Positions 1 through 14,703 of a DNA stretch of 64,000 nt are shown one piece after another. The notes beneath the pieces are model-generated. The model saw only the letters and a list, made by a program, of their open reading frames with translations. It did no database searches and was not told where the DNA came from. Both the position numbers and the translations under genes were made by a program. The first letter of the stretch is position 1. The number at the start of each line of letters is the position of its first letter. Source of the DNA: Eledone cirrhosa (lineage: Eukaryota); assembly GCA_964016885.1 (NCBI GenBank), contig OZ024740.1, forward strand, positions 164,610,001 through 164,674,000, in the 5' to 3' direction.

Positions 1-781
1 TTTTCAAGGGCTCTGATACTGGAGAAGGAGGGATTTCTTGTATGCTTCACACTTTCTCTATCACTCACATTAACCTGCATACAAAGAGCTCTCACTAATA
101 TAAATACTGGTGTTTCTATGTTGTCACAATGGCGAATTTCTAAAAATTAATTCTAAATTTGTCTGATATTTGTTGCATCCAAGGTTAACGGGTATAGACC
201 GGACATCAAAAAACCGTTTTTGTGTGGCTCACACACAGGGGGGAGGGGCTTAACCGCTAGGCCACTTTAATGCGAATGTGCTCATAACGTGTAGTTATTT
301 CATCGGGTCAATAGAGCACTTTCAGCACTTTCGTCATCATTTTGGTATGTGTATTTTTCTATATATGTCTTTCTTGGAAATCTTGTGATAAATGTTTTCT
401 TTCATCTGCTATTCTTTCTATGTCTGTTATTGCCCCTTCTTCTATTTAATCATGAAATAAATACTGTGTTCTTTCTGTAAATCTTTTATTTATTTCAACT
501 TGTTTCCATTTCTTTTTACCTATAAATTAAATTTCAGGCATTCAGCTCTTCTTTTTTAAATTCCGGATCTACTTGCCAAATATTATGAAGATACGTTTAG
601 CAATAGTAACGCTGTTTGGAGAGAAATTTCAAGGCTTTATATATAGACTGATTTGAAACTGATTTGAAGTTTCTTACTCCTCATCAAGCTACCTTATATT
701 AATCTTTTCTTCAAACCAAACTAACAATTATATATATATATTACAGTTGAAAATTGCAAACTTGACTGTCACCACACATTA

Positions 782-820
782 TGAACCTGAAGATTGCGAA
801 AGCATGAAAGTACTTGTTCA
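782..820 (+). ncRNA. Minimal type I hammerhead ribozyme (PLE-type)
   Basis: tgaac-CTGAAGA-ttgc gaaa gcat-GAAA-gtac-TT-gttca: stem I tgaac/gttca, intact core, stem II with GAAA loop, palindromic agtact stem/loop III; about 40 nt downstream of a (TA)n run. Confidence 0.8.
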
Positions 821-1049
821 ATTAACACTTAACATTTAATATTCTACCATACTATTTCATTCTAATACCATTATAAATTTTAAAGGATTGTAAATAAAAC
901 GAGTAAATCAGACAAAGTTGGAATTCTTTTTATTAATATAATCTTCTATACACAATCATACACACCCGTGTATATTTATCTATCTATCTCTCTCTATATA
1001 TATATTTAAACACACATGCTCACACACATATTTATGTATATATATCAGC

Positions 1050-1640
<591 letters not shown>

Positions 1641-2063
1641 TTCAATTTGTATTCCCATTCCAGGGTCAACTTTCTTTCAAAGTATTTTCCCATCATGCTC
1701 CGTTTTGGCTGTATTACATTACAGACAAGGATGGTGCTCGATTCATGTGATTGAGATTTCCGGACTGGGTGGCATGTTGTGTTTTTGGGCAAGAATTCAT
1801 ATCACGTTGAAGCAGGACACTCAGCTTGTACAAATGAGCTGCACCCATCATTCGACCGACCAAACTTGTCACACATTGTATGTCATACTGAATTTACCCG
1901 AGGACTACGTTACGAATACACGTGTCTGTGGAATGCTCCGCCACTTAGATGTTAGTTTCACGAGAAAGCACTTATTTTGACTGAATTAACTGAAGCATTC
2001 GTCGATGGAACAGACGGAGGTCCAGAAACACATACATACACGCCCACACATATATGTGTATGC

Positions 2064-2098
<35 letters not shown>

Positions 2099-3623
2099 AC
2101 TACATAAACGGAGATAGCTATTAGCGATACTCCGACCAATTTTGAACTCGCTCAACAAACATTAGGAAATACCGGAGTATATTCCCAGTTAAACGTTTGG
2201 AGTGCAAACTATATTGTATTGTGTGGATAATTGGCTGTATTATTTTATATGAGATATATTAAAGATCTCATTTCCCATATATATATATATATATATATGC
2301 ATATATATATATGTATGTATGCATATATACATGTATATATGTATGTATATATGTATGTATGTGTGTGTGTGCGTGTGTGAGGTTAACCTAACTCTATTAT
2401 TAAAATACGGAGTAGGCAATGCGGCTGAAGGAACCCTACCGCATGCCAGTTATATAACGAATGCTTTCTGAAAAATGTATTATAGCAATGAAAGTATCCC
2501 ATACACATCTTGACATATACCTATGTCGGGGCAACATCGATCACCTTTATGGACCACTGGTATAACCACAAAAATGATGCTAGCTAAAGAGTCATATACT
2601 GAATACATATGTCAGTTGGGCGTTGGAGTTGCAACATCAAAACCCGCCCGGGACATATCGCACGTTACATGAAAGACTATACAATAGCATATAACAGTAT
2701 ATATATGTATCAGAAATAAAAAATACCAATTTGAATCTATACATATGCATACATATCATAATATAATAAAGGGAGGAGTGCGGGACTGTGTCCTGAATAT
2801 ATTTTTTAATTCCGTTAGTAAAATAAGTTGGATTATTTTGAATAAATAAATAAATGATTGCTTATTTTAAGATTGGCTTTTTTTTTTAATTTTCAAATGT
2901 CAATACTTCCGGTTAAGATATAACGGACGCTATATATAAACGTTGATATATTTGCATCATGACGTTTATATTTCGGTCGCTAATTTTCTCCTTTTCCGTT
3001 TTCGTTACATTTCACCGTAATGCTGTTTATATATAATATCGTGTTTTTTAAATGTATCATGGATTACTTTACTTACAGAAGAGAGTGTAACACAGTCTCT
3101 CTCCAATTTCTGTGCACATTCCAGTTACGATTTTATTTGATGTATTATATCTACATGCAAATATATTTGCGGATAATATCAATAAGCACACTACACACGC
3201 TAGCAGAAATCTACACGAAGGTGATTTTTCTGCTAGTAAATATAAATACACATATAAACAGAGTTAACTAAAGAGAATTAAAATGTCCAATCAATACTTT
3301 CTTTGAGTGAAGTGTGTGTTTATGTCATTATAAATAGAAATATAGGAAAGATATAAATTAAGGGTAGAAGAAAGTTTGACATATATGACACAGAGCATAT
3401 CACACACATTCATATGATATAGCAGCAGAATATAATTAAATTAAATAAGAAGGTAAAAATAAATACCTATATTGAACAGAGCTAAGTATCAATGGTTGCA
3501 GTATATCTTAAGAGGCATTAATTGGAATCAATGACCCTATAAAAGCAAGCCCAAAGGGCACACATATTAAAAGGGTTCATCGATTGAAGACTGCATTTTA
3601 AATAAAATTTTATATGTTGATGA

Positions 3624-3681
<58 letters not shown>

Positions 3682-3756
3682 ACGTCTGCATAATTACATT
3701 TATGTATCAGCAGTGCTAGGGCGAGAAATAAAATTCTAATTTTATTTTGTGTATTT

Positions 3757-3835
<79 letters not shown>

Positions 3836-3890
3836 TGTATATGTATATATATATATATATGAATGTATATATATATATATGTATATATAT

Positions 3891-4318
3891 ATATGAATGT
3901 ATATATAGTGTATTTTGCAACACACTCTATGCTTAATTAAAATCATTTTGAAGACCATATGCTATTGTTTAAAGTAGTGACTATGTCACTTACCTCTTTT
4001 TTCAGCAAACAAAGGGAGATAAGCTGACAGATCTCTGTTTCGTACTGTTGGTACTCCTCAGAGCTTAGCACTCCCATTGCCTGCTGAAAATTATAAATGT
4101 TTGATTCTTATAGAATTCCAGTAATAATCAGGTACTGATTATACAGAGCGGTTGCTGGTCCAGCAAAAATAATCTGTCAAATTATCTCCCTTTGTTTGCT
4201 GAAAAAAGAAGTAAGTGACATAGTCACTACTTTAAAACAATACCGTAAGGTCTTCAAAATGCTTTTAATTAAGCATACAGTGTATTGCAAAATACACTGT
4301 ATATACATTCATATATAT
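3891..4318. mobile_element. Fold-back PLE 3'-end insertion in (TA)n
   Basis: Inverted arms about 3891-4032 and 4171-4318, flanked by TA arrays; carries a hammerhead on the minus strand. Confidence 0.75.
4020..4067 (-). ncRNA. Type I hammerhead ribozyme, canonical
   Basis: Minus strand: taagct-CTGAGGA-gtac caaca gtac-GAAA-cag agat ctg-TC-agctta; all three stems perfect, GUC cleavage triplet. Confidence 0.92.
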
Positions 4319-4337
4319 ATCGCTATTTCAGAGCACC

Positions 4338-5375
<1,038 letters not shown>

Positions 5376-5379
5376 AGTT

Positions 5380-5812
5380 GTTATATAGTAAAGCGTATTA
5401 TTGGTTGTGTCATACGGTCCAATAAACTTTCGTTAGAAATATGAATTTCTTCACGCTTTTGTATATCTCCAATTCCATTTATGGTAACAGCTAGATGATG
5501 TAAAACGGAGTATTTGTATCAAAATAAAGATCCGTAGGCATGGTATAAATTTCCAACCATTTTAATCACGACACATGTTTCAATAACAGATAGATCGATC
5601 ATGTGGCCATGATCGATTATCACTGAACTCGTCAGGTGAAAATGAATAGTCTTCAAATCTTTGATATGAGGGGGAAAATTTAATGATGTTCACTCACTAG
5701 AGTTTTGTCCCCCATGATAATCTATCATCGCCAAACGATCGATCTATCTCTTATTGAAACATGTGTCGTGATTAAAATGATTGGAAATTTATACCATGCC
5801 TTCCGATGTATA
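5380..5812 (-). mobile_element. Fold-back PLE 3'-end insertion with tail
   Basis: Inverted arms about 5530-5600 and 5737-5808; extra sequence 5380-5529 on the left; TA on both sides. Confidence 0.7.
5566..5639 (-). ncRNA. Type I hammerhead ribozyme with long stem II
   Basis: Minus strand: tcac-CTGACGA-(stem II containing atcgatcatg gcca catgatcgat)-GAAA-catgtg-TC-gtga. Confidence 0.8.
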
Positions 5813-5823
5813 AATATATATAT

Positions 5824-6182
5824 TGCTGTGACTCTCTGTATCTCCGAGAGCTATGAGATTCTATTCGCCAAAGGCCCTCTCCTCAACAAGATCTCGGAAC
5901 ACTCCCCTAATTGCATGCACAAGAACTATGCAAATTACAAAAACTACAGACCCCCCCGGCCCCCCGACTGACCCCCCCCATATCACCACCCCACCCCCGT
6001 CCCCCATCCCACTTCCGTCCCTCCATCTCTCATTATTACCTTCTTTCCTCCCCTCCATCTCTCATTATTACCTTCTTTCCTCCCCTCTATCTCTCATTAT
6101 TACCTTCTTTCCTCCCCTCCAGGTCTTATATATTGTGTTGTATGCCTCTGAGTAAAGTTCCGTGGCCGCACACACAAATTCA
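5824..6182 (+). mobile_element. 5'-truncated partial-tandem copy of PLE1 (end of GIY-YIG and start of 3' UTR)
   Basis: Near-identical to 9845-10170; encodes CISESYEILFAKGPLLNKISEHSPNCMHK...PPD*. Confidence 0.9.
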
Positions 6183-6649
6183 ATATATTTGATAAACACA
6201 AATATCCTCATATTTATGTTTGTATTGTAAATGACCAAGTTAGCTAGATAGAAATATACTAATAATAATATTACAGTTTGCCTATCATGACTTAAGATAA
6301 TACATCATAAATCAACAAAAACAAATTGTATTGGCAATGGCCGTAGTACTTGGACAAATTTAAATTTCAAAATCAAACCTGTTCTGTAGACAGGTTTAAA
6401 CCTTAAAATCCAAATATGTTTCGAATAATGAAAAAGTGGAAGAAAATACCGCATTTTGATCTCCTCAGCAAGCACTATAAAAATTGGTATGTTCCACTTC
6501 AAAATATTTAGGAAGACTGTATAGCGCACGAGGTAACCTTATGCGGTTATCCAGTGTCTAGCTAGCCACATATTCGTGCTGCTAGAAATAACAGCCGTTT
6601 GTATGGGGCTAAATTCAGCTCAACGAAGGAGCAGTGAAAAATCAATAAT

Positions 6650-6876
6650 AATGAGTTCAAATCTCAGGCGATCATTTACAATGAAATAGCTCGAAGAAAG
6701 AGTATTTCTGAGCCGTGTAATATAGGTTAACACAAATCAATATATTTGATAAACACAAATACCCTCATATTTATGTTTGTATTGTAAATGACCAAGCTAG
6801 CTAACTTGGTCATTTACAATACAAACATAAATATGAGGATATTTGTGTTTATCAAATATATTGATTTGTGTTAACC
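6650..6876 (-). mobile_element. Fold-back PLE end (family G) with tail
   Basis: Near-perfect hairpin 6725-6876; tail 6650-6724 is homologous to 48620-48684; a further arm copy lies at 6172-6246. Confidence 0.7.
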
Positions 6877-6877
6877 C

Positions 6878-6915
<38 letters not shown>

Positions 6916-6916
<1 letters not shown>

Positions 6917-7126
6917 GGAGTAAGTAAGACCCCGACGGGTGAGCTCAAGCCGTTTCGACGGCTAATTCTGTACTGAATTCTGTTCTTTCAGTACAGAATT
7001 AGCCGTCGAAACGGCTTGAGCTCAGCCGTCGGGGTCTTACTTACTCCTATTACCCACTCTACTACCCTAAGTATTGAGTACTTTGGTGCGTTATGGTCCA
7101 CCTGGTTCCTTACCACTTTTCCTTCG

Positions 7127-7128
<2 letters not shown>
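6916..7128 (+). mobile_element. Mini fold-back insertion of the PLE2 family (A) in (TA)n
   Basis: About 60-bp inverted arms holding the stem III half of the PLE2 hammerhead, plus an 80-nt tail matching 12403-12483. Confidence 0.9.
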
Positions 7129-7172
<44 letters not shown>

Positions 7173-7665
7173 ATAGGTATGAAATATATATGTGTGTGTA
7201 AGTGTTTATGTATGTGGTTGTGAGTATGTAAATATATTTTATTCTTTCCATTCTACAAAAACACTCTGGCCACCTGTGGCTTGTATGTTAACTTGACCAC
7301 TCACCTCAGTCTGTGCCATGATTCGGTCTTGTTTATCTTCTATTACCAACCCACCTAAAAAAAATTCTCTACTATATATCTGTTGAATTACTATTCTTGG
7401 GTTTTTTATTTATTTATTTTTTTTTATTTTATTTTTTTTTATTTATTTATTCATTTATCTATTTATTCATTTATTTATTTATTTATTTATTTACTTATTT
7501 ATTTATTTCAAAAAAGCACTCTGGCTAATTGACCACTCTCCAAAGAAAAAACGGCCTGTGCCATGTTGTGGTCCTGTGTATCTAAATACCATCCCCCCCC
7601 CCTAGCCACCACCCCTCCCTTACCACTACCTAAATGTATAAATACCAGAACTTAATATGACACCC

Positions 7666-7716
7666 AGCTTCCTGAAGGTGTCATCTGAATGAAACAGTAC
7701 TAGTCCTGTAGAAGCT
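7666..7716 (+). ncRNA. Hammerhead ribozyme of the PLE1 pLTR (A9G variant)
   Basis: agcttc-CTGAAGG-tgtcatctgaat-GAAA-cag tactagtc ctg-TA-gaagct; palindromic actagt loop; the homologue at 40434-40482 has CTGATGA. Confidence 0.7.
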
Positions 7717-7849
7717 CCTTCTATACAATAACATTTTTTTTACTCTGCCATGTATTGAGTACCTTACTTACTGTGGTTATCCCCGACTCAACCCGGGACC
7801 TACGTTTCCAAGCACACCCTAGTGCCCTTATAACCATCCTCAAGAAAAT

Positions 7850-10258
7850 ATGCTGACAAGAATCGACCTCAATACCTCCTTGAAGAACATTCCTATCCCA
7901 CCAAGGAAACAGTACCTAAAAGCCCTCATTAGACGGACTGATGAATTCATCAAACGAATTAGATGGAGATCGTTCTTTTTCGACCACCCTGATGTAGCAT
8001 CTACCAATAACGAGATGTACGGCTTTAAATCTAATAAGGCTCCACCCACCAACAGCCTACTTGAACCATTTGAAGAAGACCTCTTTCAAATGATCAAAAA
8101 TATTAAATTCAGGAAAGTCAACATATCTTTCCAAACGGACTTAAAGGAGAAACTTCTGAAAATGAAAAGTTCCCCGTACCTCCACGTCCCTTCAGACAAA
8201 ACTAAAAACACTTATGCGGTTATTCCCGACACCTACAACAAGCTTGCTGATAATGCCATCACAGCAAAGTACAAAAAAGTTGATGACACTACTTTGACTG
8301 AAACAAACATAGCCGGAAAGAAGATCGCCACTTCCCTTAAACTGGAAGACCGGACAGAACCTCTGAGGGTAAAGTCCCCACACTTCACCCTGAAAGACCA
8401 CAAGAACAACTTCGACAATAAACCGTCGGTCCGGCTGATTAACCCGACCAAGTCTGACATAGGATCCGTCAGTAAGAAGATCCTGGACAGGATTCTACCT
8501 AGACTACGTGCTGCCTCACCCCTCCCACTCTGGAATAGGACATCAGAGGCAATCACATGGTTCCGGAACTTGCTCGACAAAAGCAACATCCGCTTCCTGC
8601 AGGTAGACATCGAGGATTACTACGCCTCCATATCAGAGAGCCTGCTGATTGACGCGATTAACTTCGCCAGGAACTTAACCACAATCACCGAAGCCGAGCA
8701 GGATGTGATCCTCCATGCACGTAAGACTTTTCTTTACCATGACAGATCCCACTGGATCAACAAAAAATCTGAGACCCCCTTCGACGTTAGCATGGGTGCT
8801 AGCGACTCAGCTGAAATAAGTGACCTTGTGGGTCTGTTCACCCTCCACAGGTTGAAGACCCTCTTCACAGGCCTCTCCGGCGGTCTCTACCGAGATGACG
8901 GTCTCTTTGCCCTCCACAAAATCAACCCCAGGACCACGGATGGGTTCAGGAAAAACCTTTACACCTTCTTTAAAAACTTAGGCCTTAGGATTACCTTAGA
9001 TTCGTACTTAACTAAAGCTAACTTCCTAGACGTTACCCTCGACTTAGAAACTTCTCTTTACTACCCGTACCACAAACCTAATGAACCCCTTAGATATATA
9101 GACGTTAATTCTAACCACCCCAAAAATATATTAGACAACCTAGTGAAAAGTGTCTCCATTAGGATATCTAGCCTCGCCGCCAATGAAGATATCTTTAGAG
9201 CAGCAGCCCCCTATTACAACGAGGCCCTGTCCCGCAGCGGCTTTAGAGATAAGATCACCTACCTTAGTATAGCCCCACGCCCACCTAGGAAGAATAGGCG
9301 AAAGCACATTAGCTGGTACAACCCCCCCTTCAACCGCGAAGTTTCAACAGCTGTAGCTAAAATTTTCTTCACTCTCTTACAAAAACACTTCCCCACCCAA
9401 CATAGGTACTATACAATCCTTAATAAGAATACCATTAGACTCTCTTACTCTACCACACCTAATCTAGCTAGGAACTTAGCCAACAATAACATCAAGAAGC
9501 TAAATAAGTCTACTTTTTCCGAAGCCCATCGAGCAACCGATTGCAGTTGCAATTGCCCTGATAAGACTACCTGCCCTCTCAACAACAACTGTCTAAAAAA
9601 AGATCTCGTCTATATATGCAATGTACTCTCAGGCCCCGATGAAAAAAGAAACTCGTACATCGGGATGACTTCTAACAGTTTTAAGACTCGCTGGTACGCC
9701 CACACACATTCGTTCCGGCGCCCAGACAAATCTAACCAAACTACACTCGCCGCCCACATCTGGCACCTTAAAAGGAACTCCATCCCCATCAAGACCCAAT
9801 GGAGACTACTCCAGAGAGCGCGATCCTACTCAGGGGACCATAATTGCTGTGACCTCTGTATCTCCGAGAGCTATGAGATTCTATTCGCCAAAGGCCCTCT
9901 CCTCAACAAGATCTCAGAACACTCCCCTAATTGCATGCACAAGAACTATGCAAATTACAAATCCTACAGACCCCCCCCGGCCCCCCGACTGCCCCCCCCA
10001 TATCAACTCCCCACCTCCGTCCCCCATCCCACTTCCGTCCCTCCATCTCTCATTATCACCTTCTTTCCTCCCCTCTATCTCTCATTATTACCTTCTTTCC
10101 TCCTCTCCAGGTCTTATATATTGTGTTGTATGCCCCTGAGTAAAGTTCCGTGGCCGCACACACAAATTCACGTATATATCTGCTCATGTTTGCATACGTG
10201 CAGTTATGAACTGCTGCACGCACACGTTCGAGATATATTTATCTATTTATTTGTATAT

Positions 10259-10293
<35 letters not shown>

Positions 10294-10294
10294 G
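7850..10294 (+). CDS. PLE reverse transcriptase plus C-terminal GIY-YIG endonuclease (tentatively Nematis-like); native stop probably near 9992
   Basis: Motifs VRLINP, QVDIEDYY, SMGASDSAEISDLVG, LYRDDG, NFLDVTLDL, WYNPPFN, CNC..CPLNNNC linker, LVY...SYIGMT...FKTRWYAH, CISE, LLNK. The copy at 5969-5971 stops after YRPPRPPD. Confidence 0.95.
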
Positions 10295-10735
10295 TTACTT
10301 TATTTATTTAATTATTCATCTATTTATTTATTTATTTATTTATTTACTTGTTTATTTGTTTATCTGTTTGTTTGTTTGTTTGTTAGTTAACTCATTCATT
10401 TATTTATTAATTAATGAGTGAATGATTAGGTAATGAATAGATAAAAGATAAAAGATAGGTAACGAATAGTGAATGGTAAATAGTAAATAATAAATAGTAA
10501 TTAATTACTTGATAATATTAATAACTCAGTAGTGATATTAATTATTTTAATCCTCTATCAGGCCCAGTTTAAAATTTGTCCCACTCCCTTTTCCCATTAT
10601 ATTATAAACACATGTATGTGTGCGAACGAGTGCGTGTTTGTGCATATGTGTTTATGTGTACTTATTTGTATGTATGTATGTGTATGTATGCGTGTGTGCT
10701 TGTATATGTGTGTGTGTGTGTATGTGTATATATAT

Positions 10736-10811
<76 letters not shown>

Positions 10812-11094
10812 ATATATATGTATGTGTGTGTATGTGTGTATATGTATATATGTATATATGTGTGTATGTATGTGTTTGTGTGTGTGTGTATGTATGTGTA
10901 TGTATGTATGTGTGTGCATATGTATGTATATGTATGTATAGTGTAGCTTATACCGAGAGACATACATACATGTATGTGTGTATATATATATATATATGTG
11001 TATGCGCACGTGTGTATGTGTAGATATATATATGTGTGTGTATGTGTATGCGTGTGTGTGTGTATATTTGTGTGTTTGTGTTTTTTCTTGTGTG

Positions 11095-11226
<132 letters not shown>

Positions 11227-11669
11227 ATAGGTATGCACATATATATGTGTGTGTAAGTGTTTATGTATGTGGTTGTGAGTATGTAAATATATTTTATTCT
11301 TTCCATTCTACAAAAACACTCTGGCCACCTGTGGCTTGTATGTTAACTTGACCACTCACCTCAGTCTGTGCCATGATTCGGTCTTGTTTATCTTCTATTA
11401 CCAACCCACCTAAAAAAATTTCCCTACTATATATCTGTTGAATTACTATTCTTGGGGTTTTTATTTATTTATTTTTTATTTTTTTATTATTTTTTTTAAA
11501 TTTATTTATTCATTTATCTATTTATTTACTTATTTATTTATTTCAAAAAAGCACTCTGGGTAATTGACCACTCCCCAAAGAAAAAAACGGCCTGTGCCAT
11601 GTTGTGGTCCTGTGTATCTAAATACCATCCTTACCCCCCTAGTCCTGTAGAAGCTCCTTCTAAACAATA

Positions 11670-11854
<185 letters not shown>

Positions 11855-12380
11855 ACGAAGGAAATGTGGTAAGGAACCAGGTGGACCATAACGCACCAAA
11901 GTACTCAATACTTAGGGTAGTAGAGTGGGTAATAGGAACAAGTAAGACCCCGACGGCTGAGCTCAAGCCGTTTCGACGGCTAATTCTGGACTGAATGAAA
12001 ATTTATTCTGGTATTTAAATAGCGGAGCTTATCAAGGGGTAATTCCATACATGGTCAAAGAGATAATCACCAGGATTGGTCACATCACAAGTTAGTAGTA
12101 AATCTGTGATGCAAATTGGTGGGGGAAGGGGTAGCTAAACCTGCCGGTAGGAGAAAAAGGGAGTGGGGGTGGAGTAGACCCATTCATGCGTTGGTAGTGC
12201 CGGCTACAGCTGGGCGTGGGGTCAAAGAGGATACTGGAAGGGGGAGGGGGAGGAAGTCGAAACGGTAGGTAGAACAATGAAGGGTAAAACTATAAAAAGT
12301 ACTGAGAAGGAAAAAAAGAAAAAAAGAAAAAATGTCTGGTTACTAAGACTTAAGTCTCTCGCTATTGCTAGGCTAAAGAA
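11855..12380 (-). mobile_element. Inverted 5' pseudo-LTR (with tail) of PLE2
   Basis: Reverse complement of 15566-16004 plus the 80-nt tail; abuts (TA)n. Confidence 0.92.
11947..12040 (-). ncRNA. Hammerhead ribozyme, U3:A8 core variant
   Basis: Minus strand: acccc-TTGATAA-(54-nt stem II region)-GAAA-cggct tgagctc agccg-TC-ggggt. Confidence 0.8.
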
Positions 12381-12575
12381 GTACCGGGGTTCTACTTGTT
12401 CCTATTACCCACTCTACTACCCTAAGTATTGAGTACTTTGGTGCGTTATGGTCCACCTGGTTCCTTACCACATTTTCTTCGTTATCTAGCTCCTATCCCC
12501 GTAGTAGAGCACTTTCCGACCCTACCACGCCGTATCCAGACTTTTCCGCTAAGCTCAATTTCTTTCACCCGCACC

Positions 12576-14703
12576 ATGCGAAAACACAACATCGACTTCT
12601 CTACCAAGAACATCCCAATCCCACCGAAAAAACTTTACCTTCGGATGCTCACGCAAAAAATCGATCTATTTGCGAAAAGACTTAGATGGAGAACTTTTTT
12701 CTACGACAGATATTGCGACAATCAGGACTTCGGTACCAAGGAGAGATTCGGATTTATTACCTACAAATCTCCCCCCCCCCCGAACCCTTTGCTCTCACCC
12801 TTCGAGAATGACCTCTTCCAACTGATCAAGAACCTTAAATTCAAACCCAGACACAACCGATTCCTACAAAAACTCCGTAGCAACTTAACAGAGTACGATA
12901 ACACCAATGTAATCATGGTGCATTCGGATAAAACTGGGAACCTATACCTTGTCAACCCGGACAGATACCACACACTGATCAGGAGCAGCCTAAACTCCAC
13001 CTATAAAAAGGCTAACCACTCATGCATCGAGGACATTAATCGAGATGGACAACAAATTACCTCCAGCCTCGGGGTCGACGACCGCACCGAACCCCTAGAC
13101 CCACGGACACCCTACTTCACACTGAAGGACCACAAATACGATTTCGACCATAAACCTTCTATCAGGCTTATAAACCCAACGAAGTCCGACATAGGGAGAA
13201 TCAGCAAAAAAATCCTAGACCGCGTGATACCAAAAGTCAAGCAACGCGCCCGACTTAGCCTATGGGTCAACACCCAGGAAGTTATCTCATGGTTCAGCAA
13301 TATGGAGCATAAACGAGACACTAAATTTATCCAGTTCGACATAGAGAGCTACTAGGCTTCAATCACCTTACCGCTACTTACTGCCGCCTTGGACTTCGCC
13401 GAAGCACTTGTGCCCATCACCGACCAGGAAGGAAAAATCATCCTCCACGCCAGGAAGACAGTCTTACTCTTTGACAACTCCAAATGGATAAAAAGAGCTC
13501 CCGACTCACCCTTCGACGTCAGCATGGGCGCGACGGATTCGGAGGAGGTCACAGATCTTATAGGATTATTCCTTATAGCCAAACTCACCGATATGTTTCC
13601 TGCATTCGGTGGTGGATTGTACCGTGATGATGGGCTCCTTACCCTTAAAGGGTACAACCCCAGTAGTACAGATCGGGTCCGTAAACAATTAATCAGCTTC
13701 TTCCGCGACTGGGGATTTAAAATAACCCTACAAACGTCCCTGGCCCGAGTTAATTTCCTGGACGTTACCCTTGATCTCAATAAAGACCTGTACTACCCAT
13801 ACAGGAAACCCAATGACAACCTGCACTATATCCACCGCCGATCTAACCATCCTAGGAACATCACCAACAACCTGGTCAAAAACATCCCGTTTGTCAGCTA
13901 ATGAGAAGATATTCGATGAACATTCGCCTTACTACAACCAGGCCCTCAAGTGGAGTGGTTTCCGGGAGGAAATATCCTACTGTCCAGCTCCCATTAGCGG
14001 AACCAGCAGGCGACACCGCCGCTCACGCAATGTAACATGGTTCAATCCTCCCCACAACGCCGAGGTGACAACTCCCATCGGGAAAATTTCCTTTAGGCTC
14101 ATTGAAAAACTCTTCCCACTACAACACCGCTACCACAACATAATTAACAAAAATACCATCAAACTCTCTTACAGCACTACACCTAACTTCGCACAAAACA
14201 TCGTCTCCTCCAACAACAAAAAAACTCAACCCCGATGGAAGAAACAACCTAAATAGCAGTGGAGAGCCGACCAGGAGGTGCAACTGTCCTGATAGATCCA
14301 GTTTCCCCCTCGACAACAGATGCAGAGACCGTAATGTGATCTACCAGTGCAACGTGAGCACGGACACCTCCAAAAAAGCTTATATAGGATTAACCGCATG
14401 TGACTTCAAGACCCGGCTATACCAACACAGACATACCTTCCGAAACCCCGCCCGGCGTCACGCCACTACACTTTCGGGCCACATATGGGACCTCAAGGAT
14501 AACAACATCAACTATGATCTCACTTGGAAATTAATGTCCAGAGCCAACTCTTACACGGGAGGACGCCGTCCGTGCAATTTATGCTCGGAGGAAACTTTAT
14601 AAATGCTGTTGTCGACGGACCAACTCCTAAACAAGAAAGATGAACTGGTTACTGCATGTAAACACCGATTACGTAGGACTTACCTCGCCCTCAAACCCCA
14701 TAA
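12576..14703 (+). pseudogene. Disrupted PLE RT/GIY-YIG ORF of PLE2
   Basis: MRKHNIDFSTKNIPIP, IRLINPTKSDIG, FDIESY*, SMGATDSEEV, LYRDDG, WFNPP, AYIGLT..FKTRLYQH; in-frame stops (13353, 14600) and frameshifts (about 13890 and 14220). Confidence 0.92.

Noticed and set aside
6410-6475. Hammerhead-like CTGAGGA...GAAAC on the minus strand
   Set aside because: No stem I complement and no valid cleavage triplet
6916-7128. MITE or DNA-transposon interpretation of the hairpins
   Set aside because: The arms are PLE pLTR sequence with ribozyme parts and a one-sided tail, and arm length varies between loci
9993-10294. C-terminal extension of the 814-aa ORF
   Set aside because: Read-through into the 3' UTR and (TTTA)n; the duplicate at 5969-5971 has a stop
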